From positions 31,092 to 95,091 of the forward strand of contig JADHUR010000002.1 of the NCBI GenBank assembly GCA_016784445.1: a stretch of DNA of 64,000 nt, read 5' to 3'. This document shows, piece after piece, positions 40,223 through 51,007 of the stretch. The first letter of the stretch is position 1. Every line of letters starts with the position of its first letter. The notes beneath the pieces are model-generated. The model was not told the DNA's origin and did no database searches. It worked only from the letters and a program-made list of their open reading frames with translations. The DNA is from Patescibacteria group bacterium (GTDB lineage Bacteria > Patescibacteriota > Patescibacteriia > UBA1558). Made by a program: the position numbers and the translations under genes.

Positions 40223-40540
40223 ATGGCAGAATTTGTAACAGATCAAAACTTTGAAGCAGAAGTTTTAAAATCAGACACACCCGTATTAGTAGATTTCTAT
40301 GCAGAATGGTGTGGTCCTTGTAAAATGATGAGTCCAGTTATTGATGAACTTTCAAAAGAATATGAGGGTAAGGTTAAAATAGTTAAACTCAATGTTGATG
40401 AAAATCAGGAGACAGCTGGTAAATATCAAGTTATGAGTATACCAACTTTATTTATTTTTAAGGGTGGAGAGATTGTAGAGCAAATGGTTGGCTTTCAAGA
40501 TAAGAACGCTCTTAAAGATAGAATAGATAATATTAAGTAA
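40223..40540 (+). CDS. trxA: thioredoxin
   Basis: WCGPCK active site; 105 aa. Confidence 0.92.
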   Translation: MAEFVTDQNFEAEVLKSDTPVLVDFYAEWCGPCKMMSPVIDELSKEYEGKVKIVKLNVDENQETAGKYQVMSIPTLFIFKGGEIVEQMVGFQDKNALKDRIDNIK

Positions 40541-40607
40541 TGAATAGATTAAAAAATATTTTGAATTGTAAATAATAACAAATGAGCTGGGTTTAAGGCC
40601 CAGTCTT

Positions 40608-41804
40608 TTGTCGCTATTTAAGGATTATTATTTAAAAAATAATATGGACTATTATAAAGAAAGCTTAAAATTACATAAAGCAAAAAAAGGAAAACTAGAA
40701 GTAAAGTCCAAGGTAAAAATAAAAAACAGGACAGATCTTTCTTTAGCATATACTCCAGGTGTAGCAGAGCCATGTAGAGTTATTGCAAAAGATAAAAATA
40801 AAGTTTATGAGTATACAGCAAAAGCAAACACTGTAGCTGTTATAACTGACGGAAGTGCTGTACTTGGACTTGGGAATATTGGAGCAGAAGCATCTATACC
40901 AGTTATGGAAGGAAAGGCAATTTTATTTAAAGAGTTTGCAGGAATTGATGCGTGGCCAATTGCTCTTGCTAGTCAAGATGTAAAAAAGAACATTGAAACA
41001 ATAAAGAATATTGCACCAATGTTTGGAGGTATAAATCTTGAAGATATTAAAGCGCCAGAGTGTTTTGAAATTGAAAATGCATTGCAAGATTTAGGAATAC
41101 CAGTTATGCATGATGATCAACATGGAACGGCTATTGTAACATTAGCTGCCATTATAAATGGACTTAAAGTTGTTAATAAAAAAATACAGGATGTAAAAAT
41201 TATTTTAAGCGGAGCTGGTTCAGCTGGAATGGCAATAGCAAAATTATTTATAGCATACGGAGTAAATTCAAAAAATATTATAATGCTAGATAGTAAGGGT
41301 GCTTTACATAAAAACAGGAAAGATATAAAAAATAATAAAGCCAAAATAGAAATAGCTAGAATATCCAATGGCAAAAATTTAATTGGTGGCTTAAGAGAGG
41401 TTATTGTTGATGCGGATATATTTATTGGAGTGTCAAAGGGCGGACTATTAAAAGCTCCAATGGTAAGGAAAATGAATAAAGACTCAATTGTAATAGCAAT
41501 GGCAAATCCAATACCAGAAATAATGCCGGATATTGCAAAGTCAGCGGGGGCTAGAATTGTTGCTACTGGAAGGAGCGACTTCCCAAATCAGGTTAATAAT
41601 GTTTTAGCTTTTCCAGGTGTATTTAGGGGAGCTTTAGATATTAGAGCTAGGCAAATAACCACATCAATGAAACTAGAAGCTGCCAAAGCTCTAGCTGATT
41701 GTGTGAGCAGGCCAACAGCTGACAATATCATCCCTAACCCTTTTAATAAGCGTGTGGTGAAATGTGTAGCAAATGCAGTTAAAAAGGAATGGTTGAGAAA
41801 GTAG
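40608..41804 (+). CDS. NAD(P)-dependent malic enzyme (short form)
   Basis: LSLAYTPGVAEPC, ITDGSAVLGLGNIG and GAGSAGMAIA Rossmann motifs. Confidence 0.8.
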   Translation: MSLFKDYYLKNNMDYYKESLKLHKAKKGKLEVKSKVKIKNRTDLSLAYTPGVAEPCRVIAKDKNKVYEYTAKANTVAVITDGSAVLGLGNIGAEASIPVMEGKAILFKEFAGIDAWPIALASQDVKKNIETIKNIAPMFGGINLEDIKAPECFEIENALQDLGIPVMHDDQHGTAIVTLAAIINGLKVVNKKIQDVKIILSGAGSAGMAIAKLFIAYGVNSKNIIMLDSKGALHKNRKDIKNNKAKIEIARISNGKNLIGGLREVIVDADIFIGVSKGGLLKAPMVRKMNKDSIVIAMANPIPEIMPDIAKSAGARIVATGRSDFPNQVNNVLAFPGVFRGALDIRARQITTSMKLEAAKALADCVSRPTADNIIPNPFNKRVVKCVANAVKKEWLRK

Positions 41805-42153
41805 AACATTAATGTGTAACAGAATCGAACATCATCCGTCTAATATTATAGAAGGGTATAAATGAATATTTTCAAAGCCACAAATGTGTAAAAACAAAAA
41901 CCAAAACACGATTGTGGTTTTTTGTAAATATAAAATATATGAATATTAAATTAAACAAAAGAAAAGTTAGTAAAACCAACACTTGTTGGTATATTTTGCT
42001 GCACTTTAAAATTAAAGGAGGATCAGGGTTTGTACTATAATATTTAATTAAAAAATAAAAGACTATTATTCAAGGCTCTGATGCATTCAGAGTCTTTATT
42101 GATTGCCAATGAAGATATAAAGGTCGAGTTTATTAACCAATTTAGCTGGGTAT

Positions 42154-42357
42154 ATGAATAAGAAAGATGTACAATTAAATATAAAGGTAGCAACTCCAGT
42201 AGATCAAAGCGGCGGTTTCTTAAATAAGCTATTTATTGCACTGGGCCTATCCTTATCAACAACAGTTACAGACAGTTTAGATTTTAGCAATCCCTTCATA
42301 ACTGTTTCGTTAATAATTATTATGATAGTAATAGCATTTATTTCAAGTAAGAAATAA
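42154..42357 (+). CDS. hypothetical small protein with a C-terminal TM helix
   Basis: 67-aa ORF upstream of rnhB; weak support. Confidence 0.25.
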   Translation: MNKKDVQLNIKVATPVDQSGGFLNKLFIALGLSLSTTVTDSLDFSNPFITVSLIIIMIVIAFISSKK

Positions 42358-42393
42358 TTAGCCTAGATTTAAGTATCTTAGTATAATGCCATT

Positions 42394-42960
42394 ATGAGTA
42401 AAATAAATATTGCTGGTGTAGATGAGGTTGGGCGTGGAGCATGGGCTGGTCCCATGGTTGCCTCAGCTGTTATATTTAAAAAGAAAATAGATTTTGATTT
42501 AAAAGATTCGAAAGCTTTAACCTTCGAGCAAAGAAAAAAATTAGCAGTTAAGATAAAACAAGTTGCGCATTGGTCCATTGGTGTGGTTAGCCATTTTGAA
42601 ATAGATAAGTTTGGCTTGCAGAAAGCAAATATAATGGTAGCAGGAAGAGCTATAGCTGCTTTACCTATTAAACCCTCTGCTTTAAAATTGGACATGATAA
42701 GAGGTTTTAGCCACAACTTACCTTTTGAATTAATAATTAGAGGTGATAGTAAGGTTTTGGAGATAATGGCAGCATCAATTATTGCTAAAGATTATAGAGA
42801 CAATATGATGATTGAGTTAGATAAGCACTATAAACAGTACAGTTTCTCAGCACATAAGGGTTATGGAACAAAGCTTCATCAAGAGGCATTAGCTACTCAT
42901 GGGGTGAGTGTTCTACATAGAACTTCATATGCTCCTATTAAAAGATTTCTTAAAGAGTAA
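42394..42960 (+). CDS. rnhB: ribonuclease HII
   Basis: IAGVDEVGRGAWAGPMVASAV catalytic N-terminus (DEDD). Confidence 0.9.
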   Translation: MSKINIAGVDEVGRGAWAGPMVASAVIFKKKIDFDLKDSKALTFEQRKKLAVKIKQVAHWSIGVVSHFEIDKFGLQKANIMVAGRAIAALPIKPSALKLDMIRGFSHNLPFELIIRGDSKVLEIMAASIIAKDYRDNMMIELDKHYKQYSFSAHKGYGTKLHQEALATHGVSVLHRTSYAPIKRFLKE

Positions 42961-42995
42961 CAAAAACTAATAATTTTTGGTATAATAGTATACAT

Positions 42996-43550
42996 ATGGA
43001 AAAGATAAAAACATCAGATACGAGCTTAATGGATCCAACACAGATTTTAAAGGAAACTGTACATTTAGACTACGGTTCTAAGGTTGCAGATCTTGGTTGT
43101 GGAGCTATGGCATATTTTACATTGGCAGCATCAAAAATTGTTGGTAATAATGGTTTGGTATATGCAGTGGATATTCAAAAAGAAGTCTTATCCTCTGTAG
43201 AAAGTAAGGCAAAGCTTGAAGGCTTGCCAAATATTAAAACAGTATGGAGTGATTTAGAAATTGCTGGAGCTACTAAAGTTCCAGAAGGAATAAACCTTTG
43301 CCTCTTAGTAACTACACTTTTTCAGAATAATAACCACTTGCAAATGATGAAAGAGTCTGTTAGATTACTTGAAAAGGGTGGTAAGCTTTTAGTAATTGAA
43401 TGGTTGCCTCAACAAACTGCTATTGGCCCAGATGTTTCAAAGAGAATTGATGCAGATATTATTAAAAAACACGCTGAAGAATTAGGGCTTAGCCTTGATA
43501 AAGAGTTTTCTGCTGGCCCCTATCATTACGGTTTAATATTCACTAAATAA
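42996..43550 (+). CDS. class I SAM-dependent methyltransferase
   Basis: VADLGCGAMAY motif I, plus motif II and motif III spacing. Confidence 0.55.
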   Translation: MEKIKTSDTSLMDPTQILKETVHLDYGSKVADLGCGAMAYFTLAASKIVGNNGLVYAVDIQKEVLSSVESKAKLEGLPNIKTVWSDLEIAGATKVPEGINLCLLVTTLFQNNNHLQMMKESVRLLEKGGKLLVIEWLPQQTAIGPDVSKRIDADIIKKHAEELGLSLDKEFSAGPYHYGLIFTK

Positions 43551-43946
43551 ATGATTAATTGGTTTAAATTAGATTATCTATTCTCAAATAATTTGTGGCC
43601 TATCACCACAAATGTTTTTAGAGCTGCTGTTGGCATATATATTTTAATATTTGTCTTAGCTATTATATTTTCAATATTAAGAAAAAAAGATAGATTCTCC
43701 GGACCATATAAAAGGGCTATGCAGAAAATATCCACTTGGTGCTTTTCATTTAGTATTGTTGGTTTAATACTAATGTTTTTTAGACATCAGTTAATACCAT
43801 ATTTAGGAATGCGTGCTTGGACTATGATTTGGTTTATCATTTGCATTGCCTGGATGATATATATAATTAAGTATATTGTTATAAATATTCCGAAACAAAA
43901 GAAAGATTTAAAAATTAGGGAAGAATTTGAAAAATATCTTCCATAA
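43551..43946 (+). CDS. hypothetical membrane protein
   Basis: 131 aa with 3 TM helices; start overlaps the methyltransferase stop (TAAATG). Confidence 0.4.
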   Translation: MINWFKLDYLFSNNLWPITTNVFRAAVGIYILIFVLAIIFSILRKKDRFSGPYKRAMQKISTWCFSFSIVGLILMFFRHQLIPYLGMRAWTMIWFIICIAWMIYIIKYIVINIPKQKKDLKIREEFEKYLP

Positions 43947-43996
43947 ATAATTTCCGTCCCTAAATATGCAGGGAGAACACCCGACAAGCCCCATTG

Positions 43997-44027
43997 AGCA
44001 ATCAATGGGGAATTTTTTGATATTTTA
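43997..44027 (+). terminator. terminator
   Basis: Stem ccccattga / tcaatgggg followed by aatttttt. Confidence 0.5.
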
Positions 44028-44134
44028 ATATCGGTTAACAGGTAATGAAGAGGTTTTAAACAGCTTATTAACTTGCTTAATTACTGTATTTTAATTAAAT
44101 TATATTAGCGAATTTTAATAAATAAGTATTAATT

Positions 44135-45145
44135 ATGAAAAGAAAAATAATTCTATTAGGAGGGTTGTTTTTTTTAATATCAATAGCATTTTTAGGAAGT
44201 ATTAATGTTGCGGTAGCAGCAGAGGATTCCTGTCTTTTAGATAAAGACTGTTTAGTCCCAGCCCCAACACTTGTCGTGCCTGAAAACAATTCATCAAGTT
44301 ATGCAAGTAATTTAGTAATTACAGGCCTTTCTTGGAATGAGACTTTAGTAGATGTATATGTTGATGGTATATATAATGGTAGAGCAGAGCTAAATATAGA
44401 AGATTCTGGTATAGGAAACTTTGCCTATAGGACTTTCATGCCACTAGCTCCAGGAGAACATATTATCTATACCGTGGCTCGTAATTTAAATGAAAAGGAA
44501 AGATCTGTTGAATCTTCACATATAGCTATATATATTCTTTCCGCACCATTTGAGGTGCTAGAAGAGGAAATTACCGAAGAGACAGCGGAACAAGTGGTTG
44601 AATCAGAAGAAATTATTGAAGAAATGGAAGAAATTGTAGAACAGGATATAGAAAACGATCAGCAAGAACAAGAAGGAATTGTTGCTGTAAGCACAAATAT
44701 AGATGATCCAGATATTAATATTGCTCCAGAACAAGAAGGTGAAGTTAATGTTAATGAAGGCGGTCAAATTGAAGGTGGAGTTTGGGAGCAAGATGAGAAT
44801 AAGGTTAGTGAATTGCAAAGAACAGTAGATAGAGATGAAATTATTAATGAATTCTTTACAGAAGACGCTGAACTCGTTTCAGAGCAAAGAAGTTTAAGAG
44901 AAAAGCAAAATCGTCAAATTGGACTAGAAATGTTAGGCATTATAATTGTTATTAGCATTGTTTGGTTAATATTTGGTAAACGTGATAATCCGCAGAGAGT
45001 AGTCTTAACATTTTTTGAGGGCATTAAGAAAGGTTTTAAAACTGAAGAAAAGATTATTGAGGCTAAAGATAAGGTAATGGTGAAGACTGAAACGGAGGAA
45101 AAGACACAAGATAAGATGGATGATGAATTGGATAGATTAGTGTAA
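44135..45145 (+). CDS. hypothetical cell-surface protein (signal peptide, Ig-like region, acidic linker, C-terminal TM anchor)
   Basis: N-terminal signal peptide, acidic EEIIEEMEEIVEQ linker and a hydrophobic helix near the C-terminus. Confidence 0.45.
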   Translation: MKRKIILLGGLFFLISIAFLGSINVAVAAEDSCLLDKDCLVPAPTLVVPENNSSSYASNLVITGLSWNETLVDVYVDGIYNGRAELNIEDSGIGNFAYRTFMPLAPGEHIIYTVARNLNEKERSVESSHIAIYILSAPFEVLEEEITEETAEQVVESEEIIEEMEEIVEQDIENDQQEQEGIVAVSTNIDDPDINIAPEQEGEVNVNEGGQIEGGVWEQDENKVSELQRTVDRDEIINEFFTEDAELVSEQRSLREKQNRQIGLEMLGIIIVISIVWLIFGKRDNPQRVVLTFFEGIKKGFKTEEKIIEAKDKVMVKTETEEKTQDKMDDELDRLV

Positions 45146-45238
45146 TTTATGTTTGACAGAATAGAATTTTAGTTGTAATATCATAGTAGGCTAGTATTTT
45201 CATACTAGCCTTTATTATTAAAAATTTACGATACTACT

Positions 45239-46534
45239 ATGGAGGATGCAAAGCAAATAAAGCAGGCTATACAGCAGATTTGTGAGGAAAAGAACATTCC
45301 TTATGACTCTGTAATAGAGACTATAGAGGCAGCTCTTGCTGCGGCCTATAGAAAAGATTTTGGTGAAAAAAACCAGAATGTTAAATCAGAATTTAACCCA
45401 GAAACAGCTGAGGTTAAGGTTTTTGATGTTAAAACAGTTGTAGATAATATGGATCTTGAGGAGCTTGAAGCTGTTTTAGAAGCAGTTAGAGAAAGAAGAG
45501 AAGCTGGTGAAGAAGTAGATGAAGAAGCAGAAGGAATTATTCGTTTCAATCCAAAAACTGAGATTATGGTTAAAGATGCTAAAGAGATTAAGAAAACAGT
45601 TAAGATTGGTGATGAGTTGATTCAAGAGCTAACTATTCCAGATGAATTTGGACGCATGGCAGCACAAACAGCAAAGCAGGTTATTATTCAAAGATTAAGA
45701 GAAGTTGAAAGAGATACAATATATAATTCATTCAAAGATAAAGAAGGCGCTTTGGTTGTTGGAACAGTACAGAGACGTGAAGGAAGAATTGTTATGATAG
45801 ATATAGACAATGCAATGGGAATCTTACCACCAGAAGAACAAATTTCTTCTGAGAATTATCAATCAGGTCAAAGAATTAAAGTTTTAATTATGTCTGTTGA
45901 GATGAGCGGCAGAGGTCCTCAGATTATTCTTTCTAGAAGTCATCCGGATTTCTTAAAAGAATTATTTATAATGGAAGTACCAGAAATAAGCGCAGGCACT
46001 GTTGAGATTAAGGCTATTGCAAGAGAAGCTGGTCAAAGAAGTAAGGTTGCTGTTTGGACAGAAGAAGAAAATATTGATCCCGTTGGATCTTGTGTTGGTC
46101 AAAGAGGTGCTCGTGTTCAAACAATTATTGCAGAGCTTGGTGGTGAGAAAATAGATATTATTGAATGGGATGAAAATGTAGAAGCTTTTATTAGCAATGC
46201 ATTGTCACCAGCTAAAGTTAAAAAAATTGAGCTTAATGAAGAAGAAAAAGTAGCTAAAGTTGAAGTTAAAGAGGATCAATTATCACTTGCTATTGGTAAG
46301 GCTGGTCAGAATGTTAGATTGGCAGCAAAACTTACTGATTGGAAAATAGACATTGCTGGTACTGACGGACCAGAAGAAGGTGAAGAAGATTCTGAAGATG
46401 AAGGAAAGGACAATAAGGAAGAGAAGAAAGAAAAGAAAGCAAAGAAAAAAGAAGATAAAGAAGAAATAACTGAAGAAAAGGATGATGAATCTAAAGCAGA
46501 AGAAGTGGCTGAAAACACAGAAGAGGAAAAATAA
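45239..46534 (+). CDS. nusA: transcription termination/antitermination factor NusA
   Basis: N-terminal domain, an S1 domain, and two KH domains (GSCVGQRGARVQ, LAIGKAGQNVRLA); acidic C-terminal tail. Confidence 0.85.
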   Translation: MEDAKQIKQAIQQICEEKNIPYDSVIETIEAALAAAYRKDFGEKNQNVKSEFNPETAEVKVFDVKTVVDNMDLEELEAVLEAVRERREAGEEVDEEAEGIIRFNPKTEIMVKDAKEIKKTVKIGDELIQELTIPDEFGRMAAQTAKQVIIQRLREVERDTIYNSFKDKEGALVVGTVQRREGRIVMIDIDNAMGILPPEEQISSENYQSGQRIKVLIMSVEMSGRGPQIILSRSHPDFLKELFIMEVPEISAGTVEIKAIAREAGQRSKVAVWTEEENIDPVGSCVGQRGARVQTIIAELGGEKIDIIEWDENVEAFISNALSPAKVKKIELNEEEKVAKVEVKEDQLSLAIGKAGQNVRLAAKLTDWKIDIAGTDGPEEGEEDSEDEGKDNKEEKKEKKAKKKEDKEEITEEKDDESKAEEVAENTEEEK

Positions 46535-46579
46535 TATATATTAGGGGGGTTAAATAATAATTAATTTATAATTAAAATT

Positions 46580-48574
46580 ATGACAGACGGATCATTATTT
46601 GCACTTATTGTGGCCATTGTCGCAATTGTGTATGGATTTATTTTAGCTAAGCTAATTTTGAAAAAGCCTGCAGGCGGAGATAAGATGAAGGAAATTGCAG
46701 AAGCTATTCAAGTTGGTGCCAAAGCATATTTAAATAGACAATATAAAACAGTAGCTGTTATTGCAGTAATATTGTTTTTTGTCTTAGGCTTTGCGCTTGA
46801 TTGGGCAACAGCAATTGGATTTGTTATTGGTGCAGTACTATCTGCACTTGCAGGATATATTGGCATGAATGTTTCTGTTCGAGCTAATGTTAGAACCTGT
46901 GAAGCTGCTAAAAGTGGACTTTCACAAGCTATGAATATTGCTGTTCAGGGTGGAGCTGTTACAGGATTACTTGTTGTAGGACTTGGACTTTTAGGAGTTA
47001 CTAGCTTATTCATAATCTCGGGATCTTTTAAAGCTTTAATAGGCCTTGGATTTGGCGGTAGTTTAATATCTGTCTTTGCTAGACTCGGTGGAGGTATTTT
47101 TACAAAAGCTGCAGACGTTGGAGCCGATCTTGTTGGTAAGGTTGAGGCTGGTATTCCGGAAGATGATCCACGTAACCCAGCAGTTATCGCAGATAATGTT
47201 GGAGATAATGTTGGTGATTGCGCAGGCATGGCAGCGGATCTTTTTGAAACATATTCTGTAACAACTGTTGCAACCATGCTTCTTGGTTCATTGTTATTTG
47301 CCACTTATCCAAATGCAATCATATACCCACTAGTTATTGGGGCTATCTCAGTTATTACAAGTATTATTGGTACTTGGTTTATTAAACTTGGGAAGAAAAA
47401 GAATATAATGGGAGCCCTATATAAAGGTTTGTCTATCACCGGTGTTTTGTCAGCAATTCTTTTATGGCCAGTTACAAACAGATTAATGGGAGATTTAACA
47501 ATCTATAGTGCTAAAGATATTTATCTGTCAGCACTTGTTGGAATTGTTGTTACTGCCCTTATGGTTATTATCACTGAATATTATACTTCAGGAGATTATA
47601 AGCCAGTTAAAGATATCGCTAAGGCTTCAGAAAGTGGTCACGGTACAAATATTATTGCAGGACTTGCTATTTCAATGAAGTCAACAGTATTGCCAGTTTT
47701 AGTAATTGTTTTAGGAATACTCTTCTCATATAATTTAGCTGGTATGTATGGTATTGCAATTGCTGCAACAGCCATGCTTTCACTGGCTGGTATTATTGTG
47801 ACAATAGATTCTTATGGCCCAATTACAGACAATGCTGGAGGCATTGCTGAGATGGCAGGACTTTCAGACGATGTTAGGGCTATTACAGATCCTTTAGACG
47901 CTGTTGGTAATACAACAAAAGCAGTTACTAAAGGCTATGCAATTGCATCGGCTGGACTAGCTGCATTAGTATTATTCGCAGCTTATGTTCAGGAGTTTAT
48001 TGGACATGGTTTAAATTTAGAATTTTCATTAATGGACCCACTAGTTATAGCTGGACTATTCATCGGTGGACTATTACCTTTCTGGTTTGGAGCTCTTGCA
48101 ATGGAAGCTGTTGGTAAAACAGCTGGCGAGGTTGTAGAAGAGGTTAGGCGCCAATTTAGAGAGATACCAGGTATTATGGATAGAACAGCAAAGCCAGACT
48201 ATAATAAAGCAGTAGACATTGTTACAAAGAGTGCTCTTAAGCAAATGATACTACCAGCGCTTATCCCCGTTCTTGTTCCAATTCTAGTTGGTTTCATTTT
48301 AGGACCAATTGCTTTAGGTGGTGTGCTTGTTGGTAGTATTGTTACCGGTATATTTGTAGCTATTTCAATGACTACAGGTGGTGGTGCTTGGGATAATGCT
48401 AAGAAATATATTGAAGATGGTAATTATGGTGGTAAGAATTCTCTAGCTCATCAAGCAGCGGTTACTGGAGATACAGTTGGCGATCCATATAAAGATACTG
48501 CTGGGCCAGCAATCAACCCAATGATTAAAATAATAAATATTGTAGCCTTATTATTAGTTGCATTATTAATCTAA
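46580..48574 (+). CDS. hppA: membrane-bound H+/Na+-translocating pyrophosphatase
   Basis: [38 protein letters not shown] and about 16 TM helices. Confidence 0.92.
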   Translation: MTDGSLFALIVAIVAIVYGFILAKLILKKPAGGDKMKEIAEAIQVGAKAYLNRQYKTVAVIAVILFFVLGFALDWATAIGFVIGAVLSALAGYIGMNVSVRANVRTCEAAKSGLSQAMNIAVQGGAVTGLLVVGLGLLGVTSLFIISGSFKALIGLGFGGSLISVFARLGGGIFTKAADVGADLVGKVEAGIPEDDPRNPAVIADNVGDNVGDCAGMAADLFETYSVTTVATMLLGSLLFATYPNAIIYPLVIGAISVITSIIGTWFIKLGKKKNIMGALYKGLSITGVLSAILLWPVTNRLMGDLTIYSAKDIYLSALVGIVVTALMVIITEYYTSGDYKPVKDIAKASESGHGTNIIAGLAISMKSTVLPVLVIVLGILFSYNLAGMYGIAIAATAMLSLAGIIVTIDSYGPITDNAGGIAEMAGLSDDVRAITDPLDAVGNTTKAVTKGYAIASAGLAALVLFAAYVQEFIGHGLNLEFSLMDPLVIAGLFIGGLLPFWFGALAMEAVGKTAGEVVEEVRRQFREIPGIMDRTAKPDYNKAVDIVTKSALKQMILPALIPVLVPILVGFILGPIALGGVLVGSIVTGIFVAISMTTGGGAWDNAKKYIEDGNYGGKNSLAHQAAVTGDTVGDPYKDTAGPAINPMIKIINIVALLLVALLI

Positions 48575-48589
48575 GATTAAAAAAATATT

Positions 48590-49876
48590 ATGGATGTTAA
48601 AAAAAAGGAATTAGATAAAAATGAATTAGAGCTTTCTATTACTGTCACACCGGCAGAGATGGAAAAGTTTTTAAAACTTTCTGCAGAACGATTGTCTAAG
48701 GATGCAAAGATTCCTGGCTTTAGACCAGGTAAGGCACCCTATGACACAATAGTTAAAGAGCTTGGTGAAATGAAGATTCATGAAGCAGCTTTAGATGATA
48801 TTTTAACTCACTATTTCTGGCAAGCTATTGAAGAAAATAAAGTAGATGCAATCGGACAACCAAAGATAGATATTGTAAAGTTTGCACCTGGTAATAATTT
48901 GGAATTTAAAGCAACGGTTGCTTTATTGCCTCAAGTTAAGATAGGAAAGTATACAGGTCTAAAACTAAAGAAGAATGAGGTTAAGGTAGATAAGGCGGAG
49001 GTAGATAAAATTGTAGATGATTTAAGAGAAATGAGAGTAAAAGAAATTGCTACAAAGGAAGCGGCAGCTAAAGGCAATAAGGCGCAAGTAGATTTCAAAG
49101 TTAAATGTGATGGGAAACCAATTGAAAATGGTACAGCTGAAAAGTATCCACTTATTATTGGCAATAGTCGCATGATTCCAGGTTTTGAAGAAGAAATTAT
49201 CGGACTTAAAGCAGGAGAAGAAAAAACATTTACATTAAAATTTCCTGAAAATTATCACGATAAATCAGTAGCTGGAAAAGACTGTGAATTTGAAGTTAAG
49301 GTTCACGATGTCTTTGTTAGAGAATTACCAAAGCTTGATAATGAATTTATTAAGTCTCTTGGTCAATTTAAAGACGTTAAAGATTTCATGGCTAAAGTTG
49401 AAGAGAATATTAAATCTGAAAAAAATTTTAAAGAGTCTCAAAGAGTTGAAATTGAAATGCTTGAGAAGATCATAGATGGTTCAGAATTTGAAAGCATTCC
49501 AGATATTTTAATTGATGCCGAGAGTCATAAAATGGTTCATGAGCTTCAAGGTTCTATTGAGCAACAAGGCATGTCTTGGGATCAGTATTTAGAGAGCATC
49601 AAAAAAGATCATGACGGCCTGCAAGCTGAAATGAGAGATGGTGCTGAGCGTAGAGTTAAGACTTCATTAATCATGAGGGAAATTACAGATAAGGAAAAGT
49701 TGAAAGTTGAACCAGGTGAAGTAGACAAACAATTAGAACAAATGAAGGAAGAGTATAAGGATAATCCTCAAGCACAAGAGAATCTTAAGAGCGATGGTTA
49801 TAAAAAGTATCTAGAAAGCAATATGAACAATGAAAAGGTACTTAACTTCTTAAGAGAAAAGAATATAGCTGAATAA
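48590..49876 (+). CDS. tig: trigger factor
   Basis: GFRPGKAP ribosome-binding signature, an FKBP-type PPIase domain (IPGFEEEIIGLKAGEEK), and a C-terminal arm. Confidence 0.85.
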   Translation: MDVKKKELDKNELELSITVTPAEMEKFLKLSAERLSKDAKIPGFRPGKAPYDTIVKELGEMKIHEAALDDILTHYFWQAIEENKVDAIGQPKIDIVKFAPGNNLEFKATVALLPQVKIGKYTGLKLKKNEVKVDKAEVDKIVDDLREMRVKEIATKEAAAKGNKAQVDFKVKCDGKPIENGTAEKYPLIIGNSRMIPGFEEEIIGLKAGEEKTFTLKFPENYHDKSVAGKDCEFEVKVHDVFVRELPKLDNEFIKSLGQFKDVKDFMAKVEENIKSEKNFKESQRVEIEMLEKIIDGSEFESIPDILIDAESHKMVHELQGSIEQQGMSWDQYLESIKKDHDGLQAEMRDGAERRVKTSLIMREITDKEKLKVEPGEVDKQLEQMKEEYKDNPQAQENLKSDGYKKYLESNMNNEKVLNFLREKNIAE

Positions 49877-49890
49877 TACAAAGAATATAT

Positions 49891-49925
49891 GAAAACACCT
49901 CAATTGTCTTGAGGTGTTTTTGTTT
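49891..49925 (+). terminator. terminator after tig
   Basis: Stem aacacctcaa / ttgaggtgtt followed by a T-run. Confidence 0.55.
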
Positions 49926-49941
49926 ATGATATAATTCCAGT

Positions 49942-50445
49942 ATGAAAATATTAATTATATCTGATATACACGATAATTTATTAAATTTAGATAAGGTTTT
50001 AAATTATGCTAAAGAGCACAAAATAGATAGGATGATTTGTTGCGGAGATTTTGGATCAAAAGAGACAATTTCATATCTATCTAAAAACTTTGAAGGTATT
50101 ATAAGAGCCGTCTTAGGAAATGCAGACAGAGATCATTTAGATATTGAAAAGATTATAAATAAATATTTAAATATTAAATTATCTGAAAATATTAGCACCT
50201 TTATTATAGACAGTAAACAAGTATTAGTTGTTCATGAGCCAAGGTATTATGAAAAATATCTGGATAATGATGAGCTTAAGTATATATTTCATGGACACAC
50301 TCATAAACCGTGGCAAGAGTATAAGAGGGGTAAATTAGTACTAAATCCAGGCAATGTGAGTAATTATGGTTACCCCCCGACATTTGCAGTTTGGGAGACA
50401 GAAAATGATAAGTTCTCTCTAATACAACTAAACACTATAAAATAG
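49942..50445 (+). CDS. metallophosphoesterase (YfcE-like MPP family)
   Basis: ISDIHDN, GDFGS, GNAD and GHTH metal-binding motifs in the canonical order. Confidence 0.7.
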   Translation: MKILIISDIHDNLLNLDKVLNYAKEHKIDRMICCGDFGSKETISYLSKNFEGIIRAVLGNADRDHLDIEKIINKYLNIKLSENISTFIIDSKQVLVVHEPRYYEKYLDNDELKYIFHGHTHKPWQEYKRGKLVLNPGNVSNYGYPPTFAVWETENDKFSLIQLNTIK

Positions 50446-50475
50446 CTAGGAATAGCTATTTTTTAGATGAGTATA

Positions 50476-50504
50476 TTGACAAATCTATAAATATAGTATA
50501 TAAT
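50476..50504 (+). promoter_or_regulatory. perfect consensus promoter TTGACA-17-TATAAT
   Basis: Hexamers at 50476-50481 and 50499-50504. A strong Shine-Dalgarno sequence (AAGGGAG) lies upstream of the 50550 ATG. Confidence 0.5.
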
Positions 50505-50549
50505 ATATTATTAACTTGAAACTTGAAAATAGAATAAAGGGAGTATAAA

Positions 50550-50984
50550 ATGGATTATCTTACTTTAGTGGGAGTTTTATCGTTATTAATGGTACTTACG
50601 AGAGTTGTTTTAGTAGCTAAGTATTCTTATTGGAAGATTATGTTTGAAAAAGCTTATTCAGCTCAGCAAGACGTTCCTGTTGTTGGTTATTCATCTTTAG
50701 GATGCAAACAGGAGACTCGGGAATTTAGCGAGTTGGTGGGTAAGTTGAATAAAATGGGATATTTATTCCAGCAAACATGGTGTCATGCTCCTGTAATACA
50801 GAGGGTGTATCGGCCGCTAACTTCAATTGATTCTAGCGTGATGGATGTAAAAGATATTATATGTACTTATGGTATAAGTATATTATTTTTCAGTCTAATT
50901 GCTGTTTCAATTTTTCTTGAGATTAACCTCTTTGTATTAATTGCAATAGTTGGTACCTTTAAGATGATTAGTATAGCTGAGTAG
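50550..50984 (+). CDS. hypothetical membrane protein (G+C-elevated cassette, gene 1)
   Basis: 144 aa: an N-terminal TM helix, a Cys-containing soluble middle, and 2 C-terminal TM helices. Confidence 0.4.
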   Translation: MDYLTLVGVLSLLMVLTRVVLVAKYSYWKIMFEKAYSAQQDVPVVGYSSLGCKQETREFSELVGKLNKMGYLFQQTWCHAPVIQRVYRPLTSIDSSVMDVKDIICTYGISILFFSLIAVSIFLEINLFVLIAIVGTFKMISIAE

Positions 50985-51007
50985 CAGCTAAGAAAAGGAG
51001 ACTTAAA

